From Bacilli bacterium (GTDB taxonomy: Bacteria > Bacillota_I > Bacilli_A > RFN20 > CAG-826), in the NCBI GenBank assembly GCA_050952805.1, contig JBMNLM010000001.1, forward strand, positions 6,451 to 70,450: a DNA stretch of 64,000 bases. Direction: 5' to 3'. Each line of letters begins with the position of its first letter. Within the stretch, counting starts at the first letter, position 1. The position numbers and the translations under genes were made by a program. The notes below the pieces were generated by a model. It saw nothing but the letters and a program-made list of their open reading frames with translations, was not told the origin of the DNA and searched no databases. Positions 17,782-27,780 of this stretch are shown in pieces.

Positions 17782-18715
17782 TTTCCATCCTCCTTTTTGT
17801 TTTCTTGTCTTTCGGAACACTATATTTTTTAATGACCGCAAAAATGATAAGCGCAATAATGGTCATTAAGTAAGGTAGTGTATTTAATAATTCATAAGGG
17901 AAGCTTAATACCGTTTGCGAACCAACGGCAAAATAGTCAACCGCACCAAAAAGAACTGCAAATAGTAGGGTTAACAAGGGATTTCCTTGGCCCATAGCTT
18001 CTGCAGCGATTCCAATAAAACCTCGTCCTGCTACCATGCCAGCACTAAAATAGGATAAGTAGACCATTGATAAATATGCTCCGCCAAGTCCAGCAAATAT
18101 ACCAGTAAATACTAAGGATATGATCTTAATTTTGTTTACTTTAATACCAACAGATTTTGCAGCCTCTTCGTTATAACCAACGGCTTTAATATGCATTCCT
18201 AATTTTGTGCGATTAAGAAGTAGTACTACAAAAACAACTGCTAAAACTGCTAAATAAACTAGTAAATTTTGACCAAATAGCGCTTTTCCAATTATAGGAA
18301 TTTTAGAAAGTAGCGGAATATTAATATCTGGAATTATAACGCTTGGCTTTAGAGATGAATCACCTTTAACACCAATAACCATATATAAAACATAAATAGA
18401 AAGTCCGCTTGCAAATGTATTTAGGGCAATCCCTGAAAGGATATTATCGGTTTTTAGTTTCATAGTAAAAGCCGCAAATATAAAATTCATAATAATTCCT
18501 GTTGCGATTGCGGCGAACAATCCTAAAAACCAACTATTTGCAGCATAACTAACAAGTCCGCCCGCAAGAGCAGAAAGCGACATTGTTCCTTCGATATTAA
18601 TGTTTAAAATTCCAGCTTTTTTAGAAATTAACGCCCCGTACGATGCAAAAAGAATTGGCGTGGCAAATAAAATTGTTGAGATAAGAAATTGTTCACTAAA
18701 TATAAATTTAAACAT
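17762..18715 (-). CDS. ABC transporter permease (BMP-system)
   Basis: Polytopic, and paralogous to the C-terminal part of the 8799-10112 product. Confidence 0.75.
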   Translation of the reverse strand: MFKFIFSEQFLISTILFATPILFASYGALISKKAGILNINIEGTMSLSALAGGLVSYAANSWFLGLFAAIATGIIMNFIFAAFTMKLKTDNILSGIALNTFASGLSIYVLYMVIGVKGDSSLKPSVIIPDINIPLLSKIPIIGKALFGQNLLVYLAVLAVVFVVLLLNRTKLGMHIKAVGYNEEAAKSVGIKVNKIKIISLVFTGIFAGLGGAYLSMVYLSYFSAGMVAGRGFIGIAAEAMGQGNPLLTLLFAVLFGAVDYFAVGSQTVLSFPYELLNTLPYLMTIIALIIFAVIKKYSVPKDKKTKRRMENEKETV

Positions 18716-19847
18716 TTTTATCTTCTCCTACTAATTCATCTTCCGTTTGCTTGTTTTTTGAATATTCTTGGGCTTTTTCTAAACGTTTTCTTTTTAAGCG
18801 GACAAAGAATGCTTGACCACCAACAAGTAAAATTATTAGTGCTTGAATAATATAGACAATTTCATTTGGCACATCACTTAACCTTGCCATTTCTGTAGCG
18901 CCAACACGTAAATAGCCAAGTAATAAAGCTGAAATTGGTACAAGTAATGGGTGATTAAAAGCTAGGATAGCAACAACAAAACCATCAAAACCATAGTTTG
19001 GTAAAGCCTTCCACGTAAAACGATAGGAGTTACCAAGTAAGAATGTCGCTCCTCCAAATGCTGCAATCATTGCACCAAACACTTGAACAAGAACGATAAC
19101 TCGTTTTGTGTTAATTCCTAAATATTTTGCAAATTTTGGGTTATCTCCAGTCATACGTATCGAGTATCCCCATTTTGTGTGATACAAGAAGAAGTAAGTT
19201 AATAGTGATAAAACTAGTGCTAATACAATGCCAATACTTACTTCATTTTCAGCACTTAAAAATGATAATTTTTGGTGATCCTCTAGGTAAGGCGTTGCAA
19301 GACTTGAATAATCAGGATCAGCGAAGTGATTATTAAATAAATACATAACGACCCAGAAAATAATAAAGTTAAGCATAAGTGATGTTACAAATTCATCGAC
19401 TTTAAGACTAGATTTTAGTTTTGCAGGAACATAGCCAACAATACCCATTACGAGGGTTGCAAAAAGCATTGCAATGATTGGCCCAAAAAACCACGGTAAA
19501 TTAAGTTTTGCACTTACGACTGCAGCAATAAAAGCACCTGCAAAAAATGCACCTTCACCAATCATGCTAAACTGGCCGCCTCTAACCATTAAAGTTACGG
19601 CAATTCCTGTAAAAATAAGTGGCACAGTTTGCGTTATTACCATTCCAAAAGTATAAGCATCTTGAAATGGTGCAACAAAGAGCGTTTTTATTGTTTCTCC
19701 AGGATTTTTACTCGTTATTGAAATAATAATAATACCAATTACAAGAGCAATAATAAGAGAAACTAAAGTTCTTAATATATCAACTAATATTTGTTGAACT
19801 TTTGGCTTATAAAAATATGCTTTTACTTTTAACCAAAATTTACTCAT
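18708..19847 (-). CDS. ABC transporter permease (BMP-system)
   Basis: Polytopic. Overlaps the ATPase stop and the downstream permease start. Confidence 0.75.
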   Translation of the reverse strand: MSKFWLKVKAYFYKPKVQQILVDILRTLVSLIIALVIGIIIISITSKNPGETIKTLFVAPFQDAYTFGMVITQTVPLIFTGIAVTLMVRGGQFSMIGEGAFFAGAFIAAVVSAKLNLPWFFGPIIAMLFATLVMGIVGYVPAKLKSSLKVDEFVTSLMLNFIIFWVVMYLFNNHFADPDYSSLATPYLEDHQKLSFLSAENEVSIGIVLALVLSLLTYFFLYHTKWGYSIRMTGDNPKFAKYLGINTKRVIVLVQVFGAMIAAFGGATFLLGNSYRFTWKALPNYGFDGFVVAILAFNHPLLVPISALLLGYLRVGATEMARLSDVPNEIVYIIQALIILLVGGQAFFVRLKRKRLEKAQEYSKNKQTEDELVGEDKNV

Positions 19848-21370
19848 GACAGCCCCTCCATTTTCTTTAAGCCAAGCATATAGTAGCCAAGTTCGTATTC
19901 ATCAATTGATTCTGGTTCGTTAATAATTGCGGTAATTTCACCATCGAAAAAGATAATTATTTTATCGGCAAGTGCGAGCATTTCATTCCAGTCTGTTGAG
20001 AGTAGAAGGATTGAATTACCTTGTTCACGTAAAGCGTTCATTTTTTCAAAAATTAGTTTCATCGTCCCAACATCAACTCCGCGTGTTGGATGTTCAGCAA
20101 TGAGAAGATGTGGGTTCGTTTCAATTTCACGAGCGGTTACAATTTTTTGAATATTACCACCTGAAAGAAGACTAATTTGTTCATTCATATCAGTAGTCGC
20201 AATTCGATAATCCGCCTGCAAAATGTAGCTTTCTTTGTATAATCTGTAGCGATTATAGAACCACAAGTGCTTAAAAGGAGCACTTCTAATTTCGTGAGCG
20301 CTAATGTTTTCTAAAATCGAGGTTTTTAAATTAGCCCCTTCGCCCATCCGATCAGCAGGTATATAACTTATGCCAAGTTTACGACGTTTCGTAATTGAGA
20401 GTTTATTAATGTTTTCGCCGTTAAAAATAATCTCACCGTTGTATTTTATGTTGTTATTTTTAAGCGCTTCAACGACTTTTTCTTGCCCGCTTCCTTCAAC
20501 TCCTGCTAAGCAAACAATCTCACCGACTTTTACATCAAATGAAATGTGTTTGTTAGCACTTTTTTCATCTAAAAAAGTTAAGTCTTTTATTTCTAGAAGC
20601 GATGTATCTTCAATTATGTTTTCGGCTTTATTAGGTGTTAAAGTTACTTCAAAACCGACCATTAGTCGCGATATTTCATCAACTGTAATATCTTTAACTT
20701 CATAAGTACCAATATATTTGCCTTTTCTTAAAATCGTGACGCGGTCACAAAGGGCTTTTATTTCTCCAAGTTTATGAGTAATTAAGACAATCGTATGCCC
20801 TGCGTCACGAAGAAGTCTTAATTGGACAAATAGTTCATCAATTTCTGGTGTCGTTAAAACTGCTGTAGGTTCATCAAAAATTAGTATTTTTGCATCTTTT
20901 GCTAAAACTTTTAATATTTCAACTTTTTGTTTTTGACTAACAGAGAGATCGCCACACTTCGCATCAAAATCAACGTGCATGTTAAATTTTTCACAGAGTT
21001 CCGTTAACTTTTCTTTCATTTCTTTTCTTTTTAAGAAATTAAGCTTTGTGTGTTCAATACCTAAAAAGACATTTTCAAGAACGGTTAATTCATCTATTAG
21101 CATAAAATGCTGGAAAACCATGCCAATACCTAACTTCATAGCGTGAGCAGGAGAGGTAATTTTTACTTCCTCGCCGCGGACATAGATTTTCCCAGATGTT
21201 GGAGTTTCAACGCCATACAATAATTTCATTAAAGTACTCTTGCCCGCTCCGTTTTCACCTGCAATCGCGTGAATTTCCCCAGGCATTAAACTAAAATTAA
21301 TATCATCGTTCGCCAAAAAACCGTTATCGTAAATTTTTTGGATATGTTCCATTTTAATAACAGTTTCCAC
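19844..21370 (-). CDS. ABC transporter ATP-binding protein, duplicated ABC domains
   Basis: GENGAGKSTLM, LSGGNIQK and a second NBD. Paralog of the 5703-7229 product. Confidence 0.85.
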   Translation of the reverse strand: METVIKMEHIQKIYDNGFLANDDINFSLMPGEIHAIAGENGAGKSTLMKLLYGVETPTSGKIYVRGEEVKITSPAHAMKLGIGMVFQHFMLIDELTVLENVFLGIEHTKLNFLKRKEMKEKLTELCEKFNMHVDFDAKCGDLSVSQKQKVEILKVLAKDAKILIFDEPTAVLTTPEIDELFVQLRLLRDAGHTIVLITHKLGEIKALCDRVTILRKGKYIGTYEVKDITVDEISRLMVGFEVTLTPNKAENIIEDTSLLEIKDLTFLDEKSANKHISFDVKVGEIVCLAGVEGSGQEKVVEALKNNNIKYNGEIIFNGENINKLSITKRRKLGISYIPADRMGEGANLKTSILENISAHEIRSAPFKHLWFYNRYRLYKESYILQADYRIATTDMNEQISLLSGGNIQKIVTAREIETNPHLLIAEHPTRGVDVGTMKLIFEKMNALREQGNSILLLSTDWNEMLALADKIIIFFDGEITAIINEPESIDEYELGYYMLGLKKMEGLS

Positions 21371-21404
21371 GTTAAACTCCTATTTACAGTATTTATTTAA
21401 AATT

Positions 21405-22553
21405 TTATTGTTTGTTTGGATCTAGTGAATCGTAGTATGCATTTAAGTCTTCTGTCGAAGTAAAACGACGCAAACCGCTATCTACAACGATGTCACCATT
21501 AATAATTTCTTCAATTATTTGATTAATATATTCGCGATTTTCTTCTGAAACGATACTTTCATAGTTATCGTTTTGAACAATCCCGACTTTTCCTTCTTTT
21601 AAACCTTCGTATTGTAAAACGCCATATTCTAATGTTCCTTCAAGGAATTCTTCACATGCTTCATAAAGCATTAAATCAACACGTTTTAAAACAGAAGTAA
21701 CAATGCGATCAGCTTTTGCACTGTCGACTGGTTTAAAGTAATCATATTGGTCACTATCGACACCAATTACGTATTTATTGTTATTCTTTGCTGAGTCTAA
21801 ACAACCTAAACCAGCTTGCGAAGCTGCCGCAAATAAGACATCAACATCACCTTCACGATACATCGTGTCGGCTAATGTTTTTCCTTTAGGACTATTGAAG
21901 AAGTCACCAATATAACTGTTATATGCAAGGATATTTGCATCAAAATCAGCATTAACCTTATTTACGCCTTGCATAAAACCATAACCAAAATCGTTAATAA
22001 TATCGATTTTCATTCCCCCGATAAAACCAGTTTTTGATTTACTGGCGTCACGCGTCATAAGCGCGGCTAAAACTCCTGCTAAATATCCACCTTCATTTTG
22101 TTTAAATAAAACACTACGTACAGTAGGATATTTTGCCGAATTATCATCTTCAATTTCCGTATCAAACAAAATAAAACGTTTATCAGCGTATTTTTTATTT
22201 TTCACTAATCTTTGTAGTGGTTCACGCATATCAGTCGTACCAACGATAATTAAGTCGTAATCATCATTTGCGGTTAATCTTAACGTTGGTTCCCAACGTG
22301 TATTATCTGTGCCCATCTCAACGATGTCGACGACTGTTTCTGGATGATCTTTTTTAAATTGTTCCATCCCTGCAGCAGCACTATCAAAAAATGACATGTC
22401 GCCTAAATTACCATTAATTAATAAAGCGATTTTTGTAACCCCATCATCAACACTAGTGGAACTGCTGTTATCGTTGTCAGGTTTTCCGCCACAACCAACG
22501 AGCAAAAGCCCGGCTAAAACAAAACTAATAGTAAAAAATTTTCTTTTTTTCAT
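21405..22553 (-). CDS. BMP-family ABC substrate-binding lipoprotein
   Basis: LLLVGCGGKPDN lipobox and BMP-family length. AGAGGAG RBS. Confidence 0.75.
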   Translation of the reverse strand: MKKRKFFTISFVLAGLLLVGCGGKPDNDNSSSTSVDDGVTKIALLINGNLGDMSFFDSAAAGMEQFKKDHPETVVDIVEMGTDNTRWEPTLRLTANDDYDLIIVGTTDMREPLQRLVKNKKYADKRFILFDTEIEDDNSAKYPTVRSVLFKQNEGGYLAGVLAALMTRDASKSKTGFIGGMKIDIINDFGYGFMQGVNKVNADFDANILAYNSYIGDFFNSPKGKTLADTMYREGDVDVLFAAASQAGLGCLDSAKNNNKYVIGVDSDQYDYFKPVDSAKADRIVTSVLKRVDLMLYEACEEFLEGTLEYGVLQYEGLKEGKVGIVQNDNYESIVSEENREYINQIIEEIINGDIVVDSGLRRFTSTEDLNAYYDSLDPNKQ

Positions 22554-22571
22554 ACTCGTACTCCTCTAAGA

Positions 22572-22608
22572 AGATGGCACTTGCAAAATTATGCGGCAAG
22601 TGCCATCT
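22572..22608. promoter_or_regulatory. 13-bp perfect inverted repeat (AGATGGCACTTGC-N11-GCAAGTGCCATCT) in the 5' region of the minus-strand BMP-ABC operon
   Basis: Lies between the upstream gene's stop and the BMP gene's RBS. No U-tract follows on either strand. Confidence 0.4.
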
Positions 22609-22622
22609 AATTGCCTAACTAA

Positions 22623-23501
22623 TTAGAAAACAATTTCTGCATAAGTCCAAAGCATGTAGTCGCCATCACGCATTTGGAAAGTGTTGCAACCAAAATCTGG
22701 CATAATGCCATTAATGGTGTATCCCCAATAAATATTGTCTTCAGCATTGTTCGTGTAATCACCAAGTGTTGTGACAAAACCGATGTCAATTCCTTCTTGG
22801 GCAATACCTTTTTCTGTAACTGCCGCTTTAAGGAATTCGCTTCCCATCATCGTAGGCGATTTTAATGAAACGATGCCATTAAAGAGAACATCATCTCCCC
22901 CGCCAACAATTTTTAGGTTTACATCAAAGGTTGGGGACCATTCTGTTGCTCCTTCTGATTCAGCTGTTACACGATCTTCACCGACTTCAAAACACCAATC
23001 GCCAGTTTCGCGTTCAGGTTTTTCAGGCACTTCATCAAAGTTCATTACAGCGTAAGTCCAAAGCATGTAGTCATTATTGCGCATTTGATATTGATTTACG
23101 CCCCAGTTAGACACTTCACCGTTAACTGTAAAACCCCAATAAATATTGTCTTCAGCATTATTCGTGTAATCGCCAATAGTCGTGACAAAACCGATGTCAA
23201 TTCCTTCTTGCGCAAGTCCTTTTTCAGTTACTGCAGCTTTAAGGAATTCACTTCCAAACATTGTTGGTGATTTTAAGGTGACGACACCATTAAAGAGTTC
23301 ATCTTCATCACCACCGACAATTTTAAGATTGACACTATAAGTTGGTGACCATTCTGTTGCCCCTTCGCTTTCGCCAGTTACAACATCTTCACCGACCTCG
23401 AATTGCCAATCGAGTCCTTTGTCATCAGGTTTTGTAGTCTTACAGCCTGCAAGACCGACGACCATTAAACCAAAGAAGATCCATCTAAATCCTTTTTTCA
23501 T
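22623..23501 (-). CDS. lipoprotein with two tandem DUF4430 (transcobalamin-like fold) domains
   Basis: LAGCKTT lipobox. Two repeats of about 130 aa, each ending in the GW.y.VNG....Y.lkdgD...W.Y pattern (NIYWGFTVNGE...NNDYMLWTYA). Confidence 0.55.
   Translation of the reverse strand: MKKGFRWIFFGLMVVGLAGCKTTKPDDKGLDWQFEVGEDVVTGESEGATEWSPTYSVNLKIVGGDEDELFNGVVTLKSPTMFGSEFLKAAVTEKGLAQEGIDIGFVTTIGDYTNNAEDNIYWGFTVNGEVSNWGVNQYQMRNNDYMLWTYAVMNFDEVPEKPERETGDWCFEVGEDRVTAESEGATEWSPTFDVNLKIVGGGDDVLFNGIVSLKSPTMMGSEFLKAAVTEKGIAQEGIDIGFVTTLGDYTNNAEDNIYWGYTINGIMPDFGCNTFQMRDGDYMLWTYAEIVF
22626..23408. repeat. near-identical tandem duplication (about 410-bp unit, two copies) inside the DUF4430 gene
   Basis: For example, 22641-22690 matches 23051-23100. 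The encoded repeats share roughly 85 % amino-acid identity. Confidence 0.7.
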
Positions 23502-23557
23502 TCTTCCTCCTTTTTTGTTTTTATATTTTAGGCTTATGAGCCTAAGTAAAACCTAAA

Positions 23558-25099
23558 TTACTCTATAGAAATAAACATTGGATTAGTAATAGCGTATTGA
23601 GCGCCTGTTCCATAGACTTCTAATAGCAACCAATCCTTATCATTAAGATCATTAATTGTATAAGTTGTGTTAAAGCGAGAATCTTCATTATTATCAAAAG
23701 TATGAATTAGTTCTCCATTTTTAATAAGGCGAATTTCTTCATATCCATCACGTGCGAACATTTCTAAATTAAGCGTTGCACTATTAGAAGATAAAGCTAT
23801 CGTTTCGCCATAAGTTTTATCATTAATATTTGCGTATATCATCGGGCCATTAGTTAAGAAACTATTACCGTTTTTTAGCGCCTCTTTAATTTTTTCTTCC
23901 GTTTGTTCACCTTCTATTTTTACGACAGTACTAGGTGAACCACTAAATTTACCTTGTTTTAAAAAGAGTTCATTATATTGTTTAAGATCTTTGATATTTT
24001 CTAAGTCAATATTTGGGTCAGGTTTATAAAGACCAGATACATCATGATTATCTGTTCCTGCAACTGCGGCAAGATATGGGCCGCCATTTTTAACATTATT
24101 TAACAAATCGAACCACGTTACTTTACTACGATAATTTTGACCTTGATAGCCAACTTTCTCAGGTTCATAGCGACCATCACCAGGAATAAAATAACCATTC
24201 CAAATTTCAATCGTGTCAAATCGTTCGAGAACACTATCTTCCCAATAGTTAAAGCCCATTGTTGAAGTAGAATATGGGTGGTTAATTTGAGCAACTCCGC
24301 CAGCCCAACGAATTGTATCGCCGATATAACGGATACGATCTTTAATAATTTCGTCTTTTTCCTCTTTAGGCTTAGCACGTTCACTATCACGAAGTGTTAC
24401 TTCATATAAATCAAACACGAGTCCGAGTCCAAATGATTGGTAATGACCAAATTCAGTCGTGACTTCTAAACCTTCATAAGCTCCAAACATGTGAGAAGTA
24501 CCTTCAGAGTCAATAACTGCTGGTAATCGATTTCCTTGGACCCATTCAGGTAATCCCCAGGCTGTGTTATGGTCAGTTAAATAACCGTAATGAAGACCAT
24601 TACTCAAATTACTTGCCAAAACGTCAGGTACAGAGTTAATGCCATCACTATAGTAGGTATGTTGATGTGTATCACCACGAATCCATCCTTTTGAAAAGGA
24701 ATCTTCAAGCTTAATTAGACGTACATCTTGAACGTAATATGTCTTATAAGCTTCAACTGTTAATGTTTTCGTAACGATTGAATATTCAAATCCGCGCGTA
24801 AAATGTAAATTATATGTTCCGGGTTCTAAACGAAGGTTGTACGCAGATTGTAAATTTGTGCTCATACGATACGTTTCACCTTTTTCGTTCTCAACAATAA
24901 TTCCTGCTGTAATCATTTCGCCTGAATCTGTTAAAACCTTACCGCGAACTGTCGCTAGTGTTTTTGGATCAATTGTCGATGTTTTGTCCTCGCTTTGGTT
25001 ATCATCGATACTCGATGATGGCTTACTATTACAACCCGACAAAAGAAGCAATGTTAAAAGTGGTAAAGTTTTAAAAATCATTTTTTTACTTCGAGGCAT
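23558..25099 (-). CDS. PHP-domain (metal-dependent phosphoesterase) lipoprotein with N-terminal carboxypeptidase-regulatory-like domain
   Basis: LLLSGCNSKP lipobox, GDTHQHTYYSDG PHP motif, and GGAGG RBS 7 nt before ATG 25099. Confidence 0.55.
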   Translation of the reverse strand: MPRSKKMIFKTLPLLTLLLLSGCNSKPSSSIDDNQSEDKTSTIDPKTLATVRGKVLTDSGEMITAGIIVENEKGETYRMSTNLQSAYNLRLEPGTYNLHFTRGFEYSIVTKTLTVEAYKTYYVQDVRLIKLEDSFSKGWIRGDTHQHTYYSDGINSVPDVLASNLSNGLHYGYLTDHNTAWGLPEWVQGNRLPAVIDSEGTSHMFGAYEGLEVTTEFGHYQSFGLGLVFDLYEVTLRDSERAKPKEEKDEIIKDRIRYIGDTIRWAGGVAQINHPYSTSTMGFNYWEDSVLERFDTIEIWNGYFIPGDGRYEPEKVGYQGQNYRSKVTWFDLLNNVKNGGPYLAAVAGTDNHDVSGLYKPDPNIDLENIKDLKQYNELFLKQGKFSGSPSTVVKIEGEQTEEKIKEALKNGNSFLTNGPMIYANINDKTYGETIALSSNSATLNLEMFARDGYEEIRLIKNGELIHTFDNNEDSRFNTTYTINDLNDKDWLLLEVYGTGAQYAITNPMFISIE

Positions 25100-25246
25100 A
25101 CCTGTTTCCTCCATAATTATTGTAGTGGTAAAGCGTTTTATCAACTTCAGTATACACTAGAAATTATTTACTTGTCAATAATCTAAAAAGTTTGATTTTT
25201 ATACAAATGAGATCATAATTATGCCGAGATTTCCGATTCTAGTTCA

Positions 25247-25280
25247 GATTAATATTAAAAAGAAAACGCGCGACACGCGC
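25247..25280 (-). terminator. Rho-independent terminator of the flippase-like gene
   Basis: On the minus strand, GCGCG-TGT-CGCGC followed by GTTTTCTTTTT. Confidence 0.55.
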
Positions 25281-25317
25281 ATGTATAAATAAAAGCAAGG
25301 TAAGAAAAGGTTAGATA

Positions 25318-26658
25318 TTAACTAGTTTCAACATCATAAACGTTAAAAATGGATATTTGTTCCTTTTTGAGCATGATTATAAATAGTAGTAACGTGAAGA
25401 GACTGTCAAGTGCAATTCCTGTTCCAAACATAATCGCAATTAAAGTTAAACTCGGCACAAAAACATTAACTTTAAATAAAATAAACATAATTCCGTAAAA
25501 GACAATGTTAATAAGCAATGATTGATAAAGCATTAAATTAGTTTTTCCTAGCCCATAGAAAATGCTATCAATGACATTATTAAAGGCAAAAAGGATATAA
25601 AATCCAAGACTAATTAGAACTAGATAATAAACATCGTTATAGTTGCTTAGTTTTAATAGATGCTGCATAAAAGGACTCCAAAGCGGAATAGTGATTGCCC
25701 AAATAACAACAAATATTAACGTTAACGTAAAATAACCTAAACTTTTCTTTTCAACGGCTTTAAAGCCATCTTCACCGCAGTCTGACTTAATTAACTCTCC
25801 AAGCTGCATTACTGGTAGAAGGAGCCATCCCCAAATAAAGTTATTAGCTACCCAAAATGTTCCTTGCTCACCTACAACATTAACCATCCTTACGACCATT
25901 AAGATAAAAACGATATTTCGGACAAAACTTTCTAACCCTGACAAGCTTCCTTTTTTGAAAAAGTCTTTAAACCATGCAAAATCAAGCTTAATTCTCCTAA
26001 ATAGTGGTAAATCATTCTTGTATAAAATGAAAATAAGTAAAACAAACATTAATAAATTAACAATAATATTTGTAATAGGGATGCCGTTAATTCCTAGTTT
26101 TAGAGAAACACCTAAATTGGAAACAAAGAAGATATCAAGTATTACAGTAAGCACTAATTGAGCAATAAGAACAATATAAATATTTTTGTGATTTTTAATT
26201 GTTACGATAACGACCATTAGAAATTTCATTAGAGTCGCAAAAATCATTGCTACTGTTTCTAGTCTAATGTAGGTAACGGTTTCTTCAATTAGTGAAGGGT
26301 CTTGAGCCATAAATTTCACTAAAGGATTAGCAAATATAATAATAAGAAGCGAAAGTATTGTGTAAACAATAAACGTAAATAATAAGCCGGTTCTAATTCT
26401 ATTTAGTAATTCATCTTTATTACTTAATACCGCGCCAATAAAGTAAAAAAGCGGCAAAATGAGTGCTTCTTGGATAATTTCATATAAAATGCTCACCCAT
26501 TGAAGCTGTCCCGCGATTGAAAAAGCATAAGTTTCTGGTAATTGTCCAATTAAGTAAATACGAAAAGTTGTATATAAAGTTGGTAGTAAACCAAAAATAA
26601 AAAGCGAAAAGAATAAACGATAATTTATTGATTTAAGCGACGCGATAATTCTTTTCAT
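25318..26658 (-). CDS. MOP/MATE-superfamily polytopic membrane protein (putative oligosaccharide flippase)
   Basis: About 12 predicted TM helices in 446 aa. AT-rich. Confidence 0.4.
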   Translation of the reverse strand: MKRIIASLKSINYRLFFSLFIFGLLPTLYTTFRIYLIGQLPETYAFSIAGQLQWVSILYEIIQEALILPLFYFIGAVLSNKDELLNRIRTGLLFTFIVYTILSLLIIIFANPLVKFMAQDPSLIEETVTYIRLETVAMIFATLMKFLMVVIVTIKNHKNIYIVLIAQLVLTVILDIFFVSNLGVSLKLGINGIPITNIIVNLLMFVLLIFILYKNDLPLFRRIKLDFAWFKDFFKKGSLSGLESFVRNIVFILMVVRMVNVVGEQGTFWVANNFIWGWLLLPVMQLGELIKSDCGEDGFKAVEKKSLGYFTLTLIFVVIWAITIPLWSPFMQHLLKLSNYNDVYYLVLISLGFYILFAFNNVIDSIFYGLGKTNLMLYQSLLINIVFYGIMFILFKVNVFVPSLTLIAIMFGTGIALDSLFTLLLFIIMLKKEQISIFNVYDVETS

Positions 26659-26983
26659 TTTTTAAATATTAAGGCAATCGAAATGTTATATAAATATTAT
26701 ACCTAATAATATTTGCCGCTCAACTATGCATCGTGGAACATCACTTAGTTATCGAATATAACTTTAAGCTATATGTAGCATCAAAAATAATAATAACAAT
26801 TAAATAAATTGCAAAAGTCTACATTTTCTACCTTAAATTTGCAAAAAGCAGGTATATTAGTTATAGATTCCGTCGTATGACGTTCAAAAACAGAAATAAT
26901 ATTAATAAAAAACAAAGGATTTTATACAAATATATTTGTGCTTATGATTTGAAAATAGTAAGTGCCAACGATATAATAAAAAT

Positions 26984-27358
26984 ATGAAGTTAAACAAAAG
27001 TAAAGAAGATTATTTAGAGGCTGTTTTAATACTTAAAAACACGAATAAGTGCGTAAGGAGTATTGATGTTGCTAATTATTTAAATTTTTCTCGTGCATCC
27101 GTTTCAATCGCGATGAAAAAACTTAGAGAAGACGGATATATTCTTTTTGATGATGATGGAGTTATTTCGCTTACTAAAGAAGGAAGAGAAATTGCAATAA
27201 ACACTCTAGAAAAGCATAAATTTATTACGAATTGGTTAAAAGAAATTGGTGTTAGTGACGAAGAGGCAGAAAATACTGCATGTTTAGTCGAGCACTCAAT
27301 TAGCGATGAAGTTTTTAAACTAATGAAAAACCGCTATAAAGAATTCGAAAACAAATAA
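26984..27358 (+). CDS. mntR: DtxR/MntR-family metal-dependent transcriptional repressor
   Basis: EDYLEAVLIL...SIDVANYLNFSRASVSIAMKKLREDGYI winged HTH, with a metal-binding C-terminus (EHSISDE). Confidence 0.65.
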   Translation: MKLNKSKEDYLEAVLILKNTNKCVRSIDVANYLNFSRASVSIAMKKLREDGYILFDDDGVISLTKEGREIAINTLEKHKFITNWLKEIGVSDEEAENTACLVEHSISDEVFKLMKNRYKEFENK

Positions 27359-27393
27359 TAGAACGCTTTAAAATGCGCGTTTAGGAGTAAATT

Positions 27394-27762
27394 ATGGAAT
27401 ATAATGAAGACTTAGAAACTAGCCAACAAGTTGAATTAGAACCGACGCAAACTAGAAAAGTTCTTAACGATAAGAAACTTCGATCAATTAAAGTTTGGCA
27501 AATAATTGGTTGTATTTTAACGCCAATTATTGTTATTGGAAATCTTACTTCAACGCTTGAATATTATGCGTTTTATTTTCTCTTTATTTATGCGCTCACG
27601 ATTCCTTTAACGATGCTAGCAATCAGGGCATCTAGAAAAAGCGAAAAGCCAAAAGACTTAATTTTATTTGGCGTTTTATCGCTAATTTTTGTAAGTATTA
27701 TAGGCGGAATTATAATGCTTGCCGTAAAGGAAAAAGATTATATTACGGTCGAAGAAATTTAA
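27394..27762 (+). CDS. small membrane protein, hypothetical
   Basis: Three TM helices. GGAG RBS. Confidence 0.4.
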   Translation: MEYNEDLETSQQVELEPTQTRKVLNDKKLRSIKVWQIIGCILTPIIVIGNLTSTLEYYAFYFLFIYALTIPLTMLAIRASRKSEKPKDLILFGVLSLIFVSIIGGIIMLAVKEKDYITVEEI

Positions 27763-27780
27763 TAAAACGAGAAAAATTAA

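Noticed and set aside
22567-22615. Intrinsic terminator for the DUF4430 gene
   Set aside because: A perfect 13-bp stem is present but no U-tract follows on either strand. It is kept as a regulatory inverted repeat rather than a terminator.
26659-26983. Possible ncRNA or Mn-riboswitch in the 325-nt region upstream of the mntR-like gene
   Set aside because: Only a short 4-bp hairpin and promoter-like hexamers are visible. There is no yybP-ykoY-like conserved helices. Divergent promoters probably explain the length.
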